Below are positions 24,317 through 34,067 of a stretch of 34,067 bases of DNA, piece after piece (position 1 is the stretch's first letter; each line of letters starts with the position of its first letter). The DNA is taken from NCBI GenBank assembly GCA_032155105.1, contig JALDXK010000001.1, positions 1 through 34,067 of the forward strand, in the 5' to 3' direction. A program made the position numbers and the translations under genes. The stretch comes from Acidobacteriota bacterium. Its GTDB lineage: Bacteria > Acidobacteriota > Vicinamibacteria > Vicinamibacterales > UBA2999. The notes beneath the pieces are model-generated. The model did no database searches, was not told the origin of the DNA, and worked only from the letters and a program-made list of their open reading frames with translations.

Positions 24317-25933
24317 ATGAGCGCTCGGCTGGAAGTCAACGATGGCCTCGGCCAACGCATCGTCCCGATCAACAAGCCGCAACTCTGCATCGGCCGCCGC
24401 ACCGAGAGCGACCTGCGGCTGGTCGGCAGTGACGTGTCGCGGGAGCACGCCGAGATCGTCGCGGCCAACGGCGACTGGATCCTGCGCGACAAGGGATCAC
24501 GCTATGGCACCTACGTCAACGGCGAGGCGATCACCGAGCACAAGCTGACGCACGGAGACCGGGTGCAGTTCGGCCGCGCCAGCGGCGCCGACGTGGTGTT
24601 CCTGGTGGGCGAGGGCCCGGCGCACACCGATCGATCGCATGCCAGCGCGGTCAACGACCTGCGCCAGCTTGCCGCATTGCTCGAAGGGCTGCGCGCGCTG
24701 GGGTCGGGACGCGTGCTCGACGAAGTGCTGGCGCTGGTGCTCGACGCGGCCATCGACGTCGCCGGCGCCGAGCGCGGCTTCATCATGCTGGCCGGCGTCA
24801 ACGACGAACTGGACCTGAAGCTCGCCCGCGCCAAGGGCCGCATTACCATGCCCGGCAGCGGCTTCAGCACCAGCCGCAAGATTCCCGAAGAGGTCTTCAA
24901 GACCGGCGAGCTGAGGATCGTCGCCGACCTGCTCGACGGCGACCTCGCCAACGTGCACATGGGTACCGTGGCGCTGGGCATCCGGCACGTCGCGTGCATC
25001 CCGCTGCGCATGGTGCGCTATCTCGATCGCGCCGACATGGCGAGCGACACCAAGAACATCGGCGTGCTGTATCTCGACAGCCGTGAGAAGGGCAGCCTGC
25101 TGGCGCCGCATACGCGCACCGCGCTCGACACGCTGGCGACGGAAGCCGGTGTGGCGATCGAGAATGCGCGGTTGTATCGGGAAACGCTCGAGAAGGCACG
25201 CATCGAGCACGAGCTGAAGATCGCCGCGGAAATCCAGCGCGCGCTCCTGCCCGAAGGCAGCCGGTCGGGGCCATTTTTCGAGTCGGCCGGCACCTCGGTG
25301 CAGGCCCGCGCCATCGGCGGCGATTTCTACGACATGCAGGACATGCCGGACGGGCAGTTCGGCTTCCTGGTCGGCGATGTCGCCGGCAAGGGCCCGGCTG
25401 CGGCGCTGCTGACGGCGAAGATCCTCGGCATTTTCTCGGCGTTCGTGTCGGTGGGTGACGAGCCGGTGCAAACCGTCGATCACATCAACAAGGTACTGAC
25501 CCGCCGCGCCATCGACGCGCGCTACGCGACGTTGTTCTACGGGCAGCTCTCCGCCGACGGGCAGCTGCGATTCTGCAACGCCGGCCAGAACCCGCCGCTC
25601 GTCTACGGCGCTGATGGGCTGCGGCGCATCGAGTCGGGCGGCATGCCGGTCGGCATGTTCGAGATGGCGCCGTACTCAGGCGACATGATCACCTTGAAGC
25701 CGGGCGACACGATGCTGTTGTACAGCGACGGGGTCACCGAAGCCCACAACGTGGCCAACGAAGAGTTCGGCGAAGCCAGGCTCGTGGACGTGCTGCAACG
25801 CTCCAGCCACGGTTCGGCCGACAGCATCCTCGAGCAGATCATCAACGCCGTCAAGGAGTTCGCACACGGCGCGGAGCAGTACGACGATGTGACGGCGCTG
25901 GTGGTGAAGTACACCGGCACCGGTCCTACATGA
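24317..25933 (+). CDS. FHA - GAF - PP2C/SpoIIE-type serine phosphatase
   Basis: N-terminal FHA (IGRRTESDLRLVGSDVSREHAEI...GTYVNG), central GAF, and a C-terminal SpoIIE/RsbU-like block (GGDFYD...VGDVAGKG...LLYSDGVTEA...DDVTALVVKY). Confidence 0.9.
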   Translation: MSARLEVNDGLGQRIVPINKPQLCIGRRTESDLRLVGSDVSREHAEIVAANGDWILRDKGSRYGTYVNGEAITEHKLTHGDRVQFGRASGADVVFLVGEGPAHTDRSHASAVNDLRQLAALLEGLRALGSGRVLDEVLALVLDAAIDVAGAERGFIMLAGVNDELDLKLARAKGRITMPGSGFSTSRKIPEEVFKTGELRIVADLLDGDLANVHMGTVALGIRHVACIPLRMVRYLDRADMASDTKNIGVLYLDSREKGSLLAPHTRTALDTLATEAGVAIENARLYRETLEKARIEHELKIAAEIQRALLPEGSRSGPFFESAGTSVQARAIGGDFYDMQDMPDGQFGFLVGDVAGKGPAAALLTAKILGIFSAFVSVGDEPVQTVDHINKVLTRRAIDARYATLFYGQLSADGQLRFCNAGQNPPLVYGADGLRRIESGGMPVGMFEMAPYSGDMITLKPGDTMLLYSDGVTEAHNVANEEFGEARLVDVLQRSSHGSADSILEQIINAVKEFAHGAEQYDDVTALVVKYTGTGPT

Positions 25934-26220
25934 CGCGCGCGGCACGATGGTCGCTGGCCCTGTGGGCCGTCCTGGCCCTCGCGGTGTTCAGCGATCTCTT
26001 CGATTGGCGGACCCGGCAGGCGGCGTTTCAGTTCGTGGCCGCCCAGGACGCCCGCCGGGCGCAGGGCCAGCCGCTCGAGACCATCGAAACCGGTTTTCGT
26101 CCGCTCGTGCGCGCCGCCGCCATGCGATCATCGGTATGGGCGGGTCTGATTCTTGTTGTCGGGACCGCCGCGACGGTGGCGGTGGCACGCCGCTCGCGCG
26201 AGCCGCAGGACGTCACCTAG
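25930..26220 (+). CDS. Small two-TM membrane protein, unknown function
   Basis: ATGA overlap with the phosphatase stop (25930-25933). Two hydrophobic helices. No family recognised. Confidence 0.45.
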   Translation: MTRAARWSLALWAVLALAVFSDLFDWRTRQAAFQFVAAQDARRAQGQPLETIETGFRPLVRAAAMRSSVWAGLILVVGTAATVAVARRSREPQDVT

Positions 26221-26224
26221 GCAC

Positions 26225-27436
26225 ATGCTCGAATCGTTAATCTACGACTGGAACAAGATCGGTGCGCCGGCGAAGCCTGCGCGCGTGATGCTCGACGACG
26301 AAACGCTGCGCGACGGGCTGCAGTCCCCGTCGGTGCGCACGCCGACCATCGCGCAGAAGATCGAGATCCTCCACCTCATCGACAAGCTCGGCATCGACAC
26401 CGCCGACATCGGCCTGCCCGGCGCGGGCCCGCACGTGGTCAAGGACGTCGAGCGGCTGGCGCGCGAGATCGTCGAGGCGCGGCTGACGGTGCGCGCCAAC
26501 TGCGCCGCCCGCACCGCGATTGCCGACATCACGCCGATTGCGGAGATCACCCAGCGCACCGGCCTCAACATCGAGTGCTGCACCTTCATCGGCTCGTCGC
26601 CGATCCGCCAGTACACCGAAGGGTGGACCATCGACTGGCTGCTGAAGAACACCGAAGAGGCCATCCGCTTCGCGGTGAACGAAGGCCTCGACGTGATGTA
26701 CGTGACCGAGGACACCACCCGGGCCGATCCGGCGACGCTGCGCCGGCTCTATGACTGCGCGATCGGCGCCGGCGCCAAGCGCATCTGCCTGGCCGACACG
26801 GTGGGCCACGCCACCCCGTGGGGCGCGTCGGCGGTGGTGCGCTTCGCGATGCAGGTGATCAAGGACAACCGCGCCAACGTCGAGATCGACTGGCACGGTC
26901 ACCGCGATCGCGACCTGGCGATCATCAACAGCATCGCCGCGCTCGAGGCCGGCGCCACGCGCGTGCACGCGGCGGCGCTCGGCATCGGCGAGCGGGTTGG
27001 CAACACGCCGATGGACCTGCTGCTCGTGAATCTCGTGGTGATGGGATTCCGCGACTGCGAGCTGGCGCCGCTGATGGCGTACTGCGCCAAGGTGTCGGAG
27101 GCTTGCGGCGTGCCGATCCCCGACAACTATCCCGTGGTCGGGAAGGATGCGTTTCGCACTGCCACCGGCGTGCATGCGGCAGCAGTGATCAAGGCGTGGA
27201 AGAAGGGCGATCGCGACCTGATGGACGCGGTCTATTCCGCGATCCCCGCCAGCCTCGTCGGCCGCGCGCAGCAGATCGACGTCGGCCCGATGTCGGGCAA
27301 GTCGAACGTGGTGTTCTGGCTGGAGCAGCACGGCATCCCGTGCAGCGACCCGATCATCGACCGGGTGTTCGCGAAGGCGAAGTCGTCGACGACCGTCCTC
27401 ACCGAAGAAGAAATCCTCGCCGAAGTCTATCGCTGA
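26225..27436 (+). CDS. LeuA/HMGL-like family synthase (2-isopropylmalate/homocitrate/citramalate synthase-type catalytic TIM barrel) without C-terminal regulatory domain
   Basis: 403 aa from ATG 26225. Motifs LDDETLRDGLQSP, ICLADTVGHATP and WHGHRDRDLAIINSIAALEAGATRVH are present. The protein ends soon after the catalytic domain. Confidence 0.85.
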   Translation: MLESLIYDWNKIGAPAKPARVMLDDETLRDGLQSPSVRTPTIAQKIEILHLIDKLGIDTADIGLPGAGPHVVKDVERLAREIVEARLTVRANCAARTAIADITPIAEITQRTGLNIECCTFIGSSPIRQYTEGWTIDWLLKNTEEAIRFAVNEGLDVMYVTEDTTRADPATLRRLYDCAIGAGAKRICLADTVGHATPWGASAVVRFAMQVIKDNRANVEIDWHGHRDRDLAIINSIAALEAGATRVHAAALGIGERVGNTPMDLLLVNLVVMGFRDCELAPLMAYCAKVSEACGVPIPDNYPVVGKDAFRTATGVHAAAVIKAWKKGDRDLMDAVYSAIPASLVGRAQQIDVGPMSGKSNVVFWLEQHGIPCSDPIIDRVFAKAKSSTTVLTEEEILAEVYR

Positions 27437-27444
27437 GAAAAATC

Positions 27445-27664
27445 AAACACGAAGGTACGAAGGATACGAAGGCACAGCGCGGTTCGCTGGAGGCAGGCCT
27501 TCGGCCTGCCGATGGTCGTATGTGTCACCACGAAAAATGAGTCCTGCCAGATCATTTGAGGACTCATTTTCTCGTGGTGACGACATCCGACCGCGGTGCG
27601 GAGCGCCGCCAGCGAAACCGCGCGAGGCCCTTCCGTCTTCGTGATCTTCGTGTTCTTCGTGTTT
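27445..27664. repeat. 220-nt nested imperfect palindrome (predicted three-way junction) filling the gap between two convergent genes
   Basis: Outer arms (27445-27475 and 27634-27664) each carry three ACGAAG cores in inverted orientation. A 13-bp helix pairs 27478-27490 with 27609-27622 (one bulge). Hairpin GGCAGGCC/GGCCTGCC lies at 27492-27510. A 22-bp hairpin at 27524-27581 is extended by GGTCG/CGACC (27514-27518 with 27588-27592). Confidence 0.8.
27524..27581. terminator. Candidate bidirectional terminator hairpin (22-bp stem, 13-nt loop, one bulged C)
   Basis: GTCACCACGAAAAATGAGTCCT pairs with AGGACTCATTTT(C)TCGTGGTGAC. It lies between the 3' ends of convergent genes. There is no flanking U-run, so the terminator function is only inferred. 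Confidence 0.35.
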
Positions 27665-28530
27665 AGTTCTTGAGCAGGCGAGCTTCGATCTGCGGCAGGG
27701 CGGCGACGACGACGTCCCCGACGATCTGCAGGCTGCGCGCCGAGATGGCGTCGAGGGTGTCCTGCGGCGTGTGCCACTGCGGATACTCGAGGTCGATGAT
27801 GTCGACGGCCGGCACACCCGCCTTCAGGAACGGGAGGTGATCGTCCTCGATCGCCATCTCCTCGTCGAGGAACTGCCGATGGCCGAGTCTGCGCGCGGTC
27901 GCCCAGATGATGTCGGTCAGCCAGCGCGTCGAGTTCGGATCGCGGCGGATCGTCAGCGCGCGGTCGCCGATCATGTCGAGGAGCACCAGCGCCTTGATCG
28001 ACTTGAGCGAGCCGGACTTCCGCGCCGCCTCGACGTAGTGCCGGCTGCCATACGTGCTGTCCGTCGCGGTCCATTCGAGCACCGCTTCCTCGCCGTCGAA
28101 GAACAACAGCTCGATCGTGAACGGCAGGTCCTTGCGCGCCGTGAGCACCCGGGCGAGCTCGAGCAGCGCCGCGGTGCTCGAGGCGCCGTCGCTGGCGCCG
28201 ACGAAGCGGACGTCGCGATAGAGCTTGGTGTCGAAATGGCTTGCCAGGATGATCCGGTCGCGACTCTTGCCGGGGATGGTGCCGATCAGGTTGACCATCT
28301 TGATCGGGCCGATCGGCGTCGCGCCCTCGAACGGCTGCTCGACGGTCTTGATGGCCAGCTTGCCGAGCTCCGCGGTGATGTACTGGCGGGTCTTGGCGTT
28401 CGCGGGGGAGCCCGACGGCCGTGGGCCGATGGCGACCTGCTGCCGGACGTGCTCCCACGCCTTGCTGCTGTCGAAGGCAGATGGAGCCTGGGCGCCGACC
28501 GCGGTGGCCAGCGCCAGGACGAACAGCAGC

Positions 28531-28553
<23 letters not shown>
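27663..28553 (-). CDS. M28-family peptidase / bacterial glutaminyl-cyclase-like protein, secreted
   Basis: Signal peptide MCRSLPGKLLFVLALATAVGAQA from ATG 28553. Motifs ILASHFDTK, FVGASDGASSTAALLELARVL, FFDGEEA and HTPQDT are present. The start lies 23 nt inside the gltA 3' end. Confidence 0.85.
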
Positions 28554-29814
<1,261 letters not shown>

Positions 29815-29828
29815 AGATGATCCGATCC

Positions 29829-29834
29829 ATTCTA
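29829..29834 (-). promoter_or_regulatory. -10-like TAGAAT 14 nt before the gltA ATG
   Basis: The minus strand reads CTAGAATGGATCGGATCATCTATG. There is no Shine-Dalgarno in the short leader. Confidence 0.3.
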
Positions 29835-29850
29835 GATCCAGATCCGTTCC

Positions 29851-29965
29851 GAGGACACGGAGGAGTACGGAGGGCACGGAGAATGGCGGGATAGTTACAA
29901 TTGACGACACCTCTCTTCTGTCTTCTGGCGCTTCTCCGTGGCTCTCCGTACTCCTCCGTGCTCTC
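29851..29965. repeat. Inverted repeat of tandem ACGGAG(G) units (33/34-nt arms, 48-nt loop) between phoU and gltA
   Basis: The left arm is GAGGACACGGAGGAGTACGGAGGGCACGGAGAA. The reverse complement of the right arm is GAGAGCACGGAGGAGTACGGAGAGCCACGGAGAA. About 30 of 34 positions pair. Confidence 0.85.
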
Positions 29966-29984
29966 GTCAGGCGCGGTTCGCGGT

Positions 29985-30671
29985 TCAGACGCCAGCCGGG
30001 GGAGCCGCGCCATGATGGCGCACGTCCTTGGCCGACAGGATGAAGATGACGTCCTCGGCGACATTGGTGGCGTGGTCGCCGATGCGCTCGAGGTGCCGCG
30101 AAATCAGGATCAGGTCCAGGCCCGGCTCGATGGTGTCGGGCGAGTGCACCATGTAGTGCAGCAATTCACGGAAGATCTGCGTCTTGAGCGCGTCGAGGGT
30201 GTCGTCGGCGGCCAGCACCGCCTCTGCGAGCGCCATGTCGCGGCGGACGAAGGCGTCGAGCGCGTCGCGCAGCATCTTCTGGGCGAGGTCGCCCATCCGT
30301 GGGATGTCGATCAGCGGCTTCACCGGCGCATGCTGCAGGTAGCGCTTGCCGGCTTCGCCGATATTCACCGCGAGGTCGCCGACGCGTTCGAGGTCGGTGT
30401 TGATCTTCACCGCCGCCACGATCACCCGCAGGTCGGCGGCCATCGGCTGGTGCAGCGCCAGCAGCTTGAAGCAGCGATCGTCGATCTCCATGTGCAGATC
30501 GTTGATCGGCTCGTCGCCGGCGAGGACGGCGTCGAGGGCCGCCGGGTCGCGGTCCATGAGGCCCCGAACCGACTCCCGCACACGCTCCTCGGCCAGCCCG
30601 CCCATGGCCAATAGGCGCTCTTTCAGCGCGTCGAGATCGTCCTGGAAATGCCTGAATACGCGTTCCACCAT
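29985..30671 (-). CDS. phoU: Phosphate signalling complex protein PhoU
   Basis: Two PhoU repeats (INDLHMEIDDRC..., DLERVGDLAVNI, SRHLERIGDHATNVAE). The start ATG overlaps the pstB stop by 1 nt (TGATG on the minus strand, 30673-30669); ATG 30680 is an alternative. Confidence 0.95.
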   Translation of the reverse strand: MVERVFRHFQDDLDALKERLLAMGGLAEERVRESVRGLMDRDPAALDAVLAGDEPINDLHMEIDDRCFKLLALHQPMAADLRVIVAAVKINTDLERVGDLAVNIGEAGKRYLQHAPVKPLIDIPRMGDLAQKMLRDALDAFVRRDMALAEAVLAADDTLDALKTQIFRELLHYMVHSPDTIEPGLDLILISRHLERIGDHATNVAEDVIFILSAKDVRHHGAAPPAGV

Positions 30672-31507
30672 CAGCCGCACCTGCCTGTGACGTAGTCCTC
30701 GGTGAGTTTCTCAGCCGGCGCGGTGAAGATCTTGTCCGTGCGATCCACCTCGATCAGTCGTCCGAGCCAGAAAAAGGCAGTGAAGTCCGAGACGCGGGCC
30801 GCCTGCTGCATGTTGTGCGTCACGATCACAATCGTATAGGTCTTCTTGAGGTCGTAGATCAGCTCTTCGATGCGCTGGGTGGCGATGGGGTCGAGCGCCG
30901 AGGCTGGCTCGTCCATCAACAGGATCTCGGGACGAATGGCCAGCGCCCGCGCGATGCACAGCCGCTGCTGCTGGCCGCCCGAGAGCGCGAGGGCGGATTC
31001 GTTGAGGCGATCCTTCACTTCTTCCCAGATGGCTGCCTGCTTCAGGCTTTCCTCGACCCGATCGGCCATCTCGGCCTTCGACTTGGTGAGGCCGTTGATG
31101 CGCAGGCCATAGGCGACGTTCTCGAAAATCGACTTCGGGAAGGGATTCGACTTCTGGAACACCATGCCGACCTTGCGCCGGAGCTGCACCACGTCGACAC
31201 CGGGGCCATAGATGGTCTGCCCGTCGATGGTCACCGTGCCCTCGTTGCGCGTCTCGGGAATGATGTCGTTCATCCGGTTCAGGGTGCGCAGGAACGTGCT
31301 CTTGCCGCAGCCGGAGGGGCCGATGAACGCGGTGACCAGGTTCTGGCGGATCTGGATCGTGATGTCGTCGAGCGCGCGCTTCGACCCGTAATAGAAACTG
31401 AGGCCCTGCACGTCGATCTTCAGCGGCGTGTTGAGGGCCGTTGCCGGCTGGCCGCCGCGATTGGCGACGCTCGACAGGCTCGGGGGAGTGCGAGTCGATC
31501 CGGTCAT
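30671..31507 (-). CDS. pstB: Phosphate ABC transporter ATP-binding protein PstB
   Basis: 278 aa from ATG 31507 (ATGA overlap with the pstA stop). Walker [10 protein letters not shown], signature LSGGQQQRL, Walker B ILLMDEP, and the typical FYYG and TAFFWLG(R)LIE motifs. Confidence 0.95.
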   Translation of the reverse strand: MTGSTRTPPSLSSVANRGGQPATALNTPLKIDVQGLSFYYGSKRALDDITIQIRQNLVTAFIGPSGCGKSTFLRTLNRMNDIIPETRNEGTVTIDGQTIYGPGVDVVQLRRKVGMVFQKSNPFPKSIFENVAYGLRINGLTKSKAEMADRVEESLKQAAIWEEVKDRLNESALALSGGQQQRLCIARALAIRPEILLMDEPASALDPIATQRIEELIYDLKKTYTIVIVTHNMQQAARVSDFTAFFWLGRLIEVDRTDKIFTAPAEKLTEDYVTGRCG

Positions 31508-32346
31508 GCGCGTCCCTGTCGCTGGTACCGATCGCGGACGACAATCGCGATGGCGTTCATACTCAATAGTAACGCCAACAACACGAGAATCGCTGCGGCG
31601 GCGTTGGTGTGGAAATCCGCTTGCGGGCGTGACACCCAGTTGAAGATCTGAATCGGCAGCACGGTGAACCTCGACCACACGCTGTCTGGCGCAAAGGGAA
31701 TGTAGGTGAGCGCGCCGATCGTGATGAGCGGTGCCGTCTCGCCGATGGCGCGCGACAGCGCGAGAATCAGGCCTGTCAGCACGCCCGGCAGGGCCATGGG
31801 CAGCACCTGGTTCCAGATCGTCTGCCATTTCGTGGCGCCGAGTGCGTACGACCCCTCGCGGATCGAGCTCGGCACCGTGCGCAGCGCCTCGCGGGTGGAC
31901 AGGATCACCACCGGCAGCGCGAGGAGGGCCAGCGTGGCCGCGCCGGCCATCACGCTCTGGCCCATGCCCATCAGCCGCACGAACAACCCGAGTCCCAGCA
32001 GGCCGTAGATGATCGACGGCACCGCGGCAAGGTTGGCGATGTTGAGCTCGATGAAGCGCGCGATGCGGCTGCGCGAGCCGTATTCCTCGAGATAGATCGC
32101 GGCCGCGACGCCCACCGGCAGCGCGAGGGCCGCCGTGAATGAGATCACCCAGATGGTGCCCATCAGCGCGTGGTAGACGCCGGCCTGCTCGGCCCGCCGC
32201 GACGCGATGTTGTTCAGGAACGCCCAGCTCAGGCGGCCGGCGCCGTCCGACAGGATGTCGTACACCAGCGTGGCCAGCGCCACGAGCGCCACCACCAGGG
32301 TGAGCAGCGACGCAATCTGGAAGAGGAGATCAGCATGCTTTCTCAT
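31504..32346 (-). CDS. pstA: Phosphate ABC transporter permease PstA
   Basis: 280 aa, 6 TM. EAA-like loop [18 protein letters not shown]. Its position between pstC and pstB supports the call. Confidence 0.95.
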   Translation of the reverse strand: MRKHADLLFQIASLLTLVVALVALATLVYDILSDGAGRLSWAFLNNIASRRAEQAGVYHALMGTIWVISFTAALALPVGVAAAIYLEEYGSRSRIARFIELNIANLAAVPSIIYGLLGLGLFVRLMGMGQSVMAGAATLALLALPVVILSTREALRTVPSSIREGSYALGATKWQTIWNQVLPMALPGVLTGLILALSRAIGETAPLITIGALTYIPFAPDSVWSRFTVLPIQIFNWVSRPQADFHTNAAAAILVLLALLLSMNAIAIVVRDRYQRQGRA

Positions 32347-33224
32347 GCGTACTCCTCGCGGAAGCGCTCGCGCAGCCAGGTGCTGATCAGGTTGAGGCCG
32401 AACGTCATCAGGAACAGCAGCATGCCGACCGCGAAGATGGTGCGGTATTCGATCGTGCCCTGGGGCGTGTCACCGAGGCTCACCTGCACGATGTAGGCGG
32501 TCATCGTTTCGATCGGCACGAATGGATTGGCGGTCAATCGCGGCTGCTGGCCGGCGGCGATGGCGACGATCATCGTCTCGCCAATCGCGCGCGACGCGGC
32601 GAGGATGAACGCCGCGGTGATCCCCGAGAACGCCGCCGGCACCACCACCTTCAGCGCCGTTTGCATGCGCGTGGCGCCGAGTGCGTACGAGCCTTCACGC
32701 AGCCCGCGCGGTACCGCCCGCATCGCGTCCTCGGACAGCGACGAGACCAGCGGCAGGATCATCAGGCCCATCACGATGCCCGGGCTGAGCGCGTTGAAGC
32801 CGGAGAGACCCGGAAAGAATCGCTGCAGCAGCGGTGTCACGAACGTCAGCGCGAAGTAGCCGTAGACGACGGTCGGCACGCCGGCGAGGATCTCGAGCAC
32901 CGGTTTGATGACGCGGCGGAACCCGCTGGGCGAGTACTCACTGAGATACACGGCTGCCAGCAGGCCCATCGGCAGCGCCACGGCCATGGCGATCGCCGAC
33001 ACCAGCATGGTGCCGACGACGAGCGGCAGCACGCCGAAGCGTTGCGTGGCAAACAGCGGCGTCCACTCGGTGCCGGTCAGGAACTCGACGACCGACACCT
33101 CGCGCAGGAACTCAAATGTCTCGACCGCGAGCACGATGATGATGCCCGCCGTCGTCAACACCGACAGCGCTGCGCAGAGAAACAGCAGCCGCTCGATGAT
33201 CCATTCGAGCGTCCGTGTGGACAT
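32343..33224 (-). CDS. pstC: Phosphate ABC transporter permease PstC
   Basis: 293 aa. Loop [15 protein letters not shown]. 4-nt overlap with the pstA start. Confidence 0.95.
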   Translation of the reverse strand: MSTRTLEWIIERLLFLCAALSVLTTAGIIIVLAVETFEFLREVSVVEFLTGTEWTPLFATQRFGVLPLVVGTMLVSAIAMAVALPMGLLAAVYLSEYSPSGFRRVIKPVLEILAGVPTVVYGYFALTFVTPLLQRFFPGLSGFNALSPGIVMGLMILPLVSSLSEDAMRAVPRGLREGSYALGATRMQTALKVVVPAAFSGITAAFILAASRAIGETMIVAIAAGQQPRLTANPFVPIETMTAYIVQVSLGDTPQGTIEYRTIFAVGMLLFLMTFGLNLISTWLRERFREEYA

Positions 33225-33233
33225 GGCGCCGCG

Positions 33234-34067
33234 TTACTTTCCGGCTTCTTTCGCCAGCAGCTGGTCGATGGTGACGCCAACCGTGTTCACGCCAGAGAAG
33301 ACCGATCCGGTGGTGCGCTTGGCAAAGCGATCGTTGACCATCTGGTAGGCGGCGTCGCCGAGGCCGACGTAGTTCACCTCGCGCACCAGCTCGTCGGCGT
33401 TCTTCATGTAGAAGTCGACGAACCGCTGCACCTCGGGGCGCTCGGCGGCCTTCGCCGACACGTAGATGAACACCGGGCGCGACAGCGGCTGATACGTGCC
33501 GGTGCGAATCGAGTCGGGGCTCGGCAACACGGCGCCCTCGCCGTTGTCGGCCTTGCCATCGTCCACCGGCACGAGCTTCAGCTTGGCGCTGTTCTGCTCG
33601 AAGTAGGCGAAGGGCAGGAAGCCGAGGGCGAGCTCGTCGTTGCTGATGCCCTGCACCAGCACGTTGTCGTCCTCGCTCGAGGTGAAGTCGCCGCGGCTGG
33701 CCTTGGCCTTGCCGTTAATCGCCTCGGTGAAGTAGTCGTAAGTGCCCGAGTCGACACCGGCGCCGAAGAGGTGAATCTCGCGGTCGGGCCAGCCCTTGCG
33801 GACCTGCGACCACCTGGTGACCTTGCCCTGCGCGTCGGGACTCCACAACGTCTTCAACTCGGCGACGGTGATCTTGTCGGCCCACGCATTCTTCGGATTC
33901 GCGGCGATCGCGATGCCGTCGTAGGCGACGGGCAGCTCGATGAACTGGATGCCGGACTTCTCGCACGCCGCGACTTCGCTGGCGCTGACCGGCCGCGATG
34001 CGTCTGCGATATCGATCTCGCCGCGGCAGAACTTCTGGAAACCGCCGCCCGTGCCGGAGATACCGAC
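33234..34067 (-). CDS. pstS: Phosphate ABC transporter substrate-binding protein PstS (N-terminus outside window)
   Basis: The frame stays open from stop 33234-33236 to the window edge (277 codons). It reads VGISGTGGGFQKF...DIADASRP...GAGVDSGTYDYFTEAI, typical of the PstS family. The track M at 33857 is an internal TTG. Confidence 0.9.
   Translation of the reverse strand, partial: VGISGTGGGFQKFCRGEIDIADASRPVSASEVAACEKSGIQFIELPVAYDGIAIAANPKNAWADKITVAELKTLWSPDAQGKVTRWSQVRKGWPDREIHLFGAGVDSGTYDYFTEAINGKAKASRGDFTSSEDDNVLVQGISNDELALGFLPFAYFEQNSAKLKLVPVDDGKADNGEGAVLPSPDSIRTGTYQPLSRPVFIYVSAKAAERPEVQRFVDFYMKNADELVREVNYVGLGDAAYQMVNDRFAKRTTGSVFSGVNTVGVTIDQLLAKEAGK

Noticed and set aside
27492-27510. 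Possible canonical C(UUCG)G tetraloop hairpin
   Set aside because: On exact pairing the stem is GGCAGGCC/GGCCTGCC with only TTC left as the loop (or 7 bp with a CTTCG loop). It is therefore not a cUUCGg tetraloop, and I report it only as a GC hairpin.
27537-27644. 35-codon ORF (MSPARSFEDSFSRGDD...) starting inside the 22-bp hairpin
   Set aside because: It has no ribosome-binding site, it is made entirely of palindrome arms, and its codon usage is atypical. Most likely a by-product of the repeat.
27445-27664. Calling the nested palindrome (and 29851-29965) a mobile element/MITE
   Set aside because: There are no identifiable target-site duplications, no transposase-related terminal sequences, and only two related loci in the window. 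I keep them as repeats; mobility cannot be judged without the genome.
29985-34067. Pho box / PhoB-binding sites for the pst operon
   Set aside because: The pstS promoter lies beyond the window edge, and no CTGTCAT-type direct repeats were seen inside the window.

Overview
Very GC-rich, gene-dense bacterial chromosomal segment. I call 30 protein-coding genes, two of them cut by the window edges. I recognised no rRNA, tRNA, CRISPR, transposase, integrase or phage genes. Gene content and intergenic repeat style suggest a soil Acidobacteriota-like Gram-negative, but that is inference only.

Left third (1-9499), envelope/lipid-flavoured genes: a partial PmtA-like SAM methyltransferase, a GT-B glycosyltransferase, a Zn-ribbon protein, a PaaI-type hotdog thioesterase and an ankyrin-repeat protein. 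Then comes a compact unit of a stand-alone FabF/KS-type ketosynthase, a geranylgeranyl-reductase-like flavoprotein and two ICMT-family membrane methyltransferases, followed by a GT-C/PIG-V-like membrane glycosyltransferase.

Middle (9559-23370): a 13.8-kb, nine-gene, translationally coupled envelope operon. Its core is Bat-type (MoxR AAA+, DUF58, BatA-VWA). It is extended by a TPR-HExxH peptidase, DUF4159, a 1148-aa DUF4175-like coiled-coil protein, a second VWA/GATase1-like membrane protein and a cysteine-free legumain(C13)-fold protein. This is my best candidate for an uncharacterised system.

Right third: a rhomboid protease, then Zn-ribbon + FHA-GAF-PP2C phosphatase + small membrane protein + short LeuA-family synthase. 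On the minus strand: pstS(partial)-pstC-pstA-pstB-phoU, gltA and an M28/glutaminyl-cyclase-like peptidase.

Non-coding signals: (i) AT-rich TANNNT hexamers lie 5-8 nt upstream of start codons with no Shine-Dalgarno (leaderless-type promoters); three AT islands are shared by back-to-back divergent gene pairs. (ii) Short-unit tandem repeats and palindromes sit exactly at gene 3' ends. They include a 220-nt nested three-way-junction palindrome (27445-27664), a 115-nt inverted repeat (29851-29965), a 33-nt palindrome present twice (479-511, 22322-22354) and three tandem 33-nt hairpin units (1957-2050).

All functional calls rest on motif recognition by eye; no searches were run.
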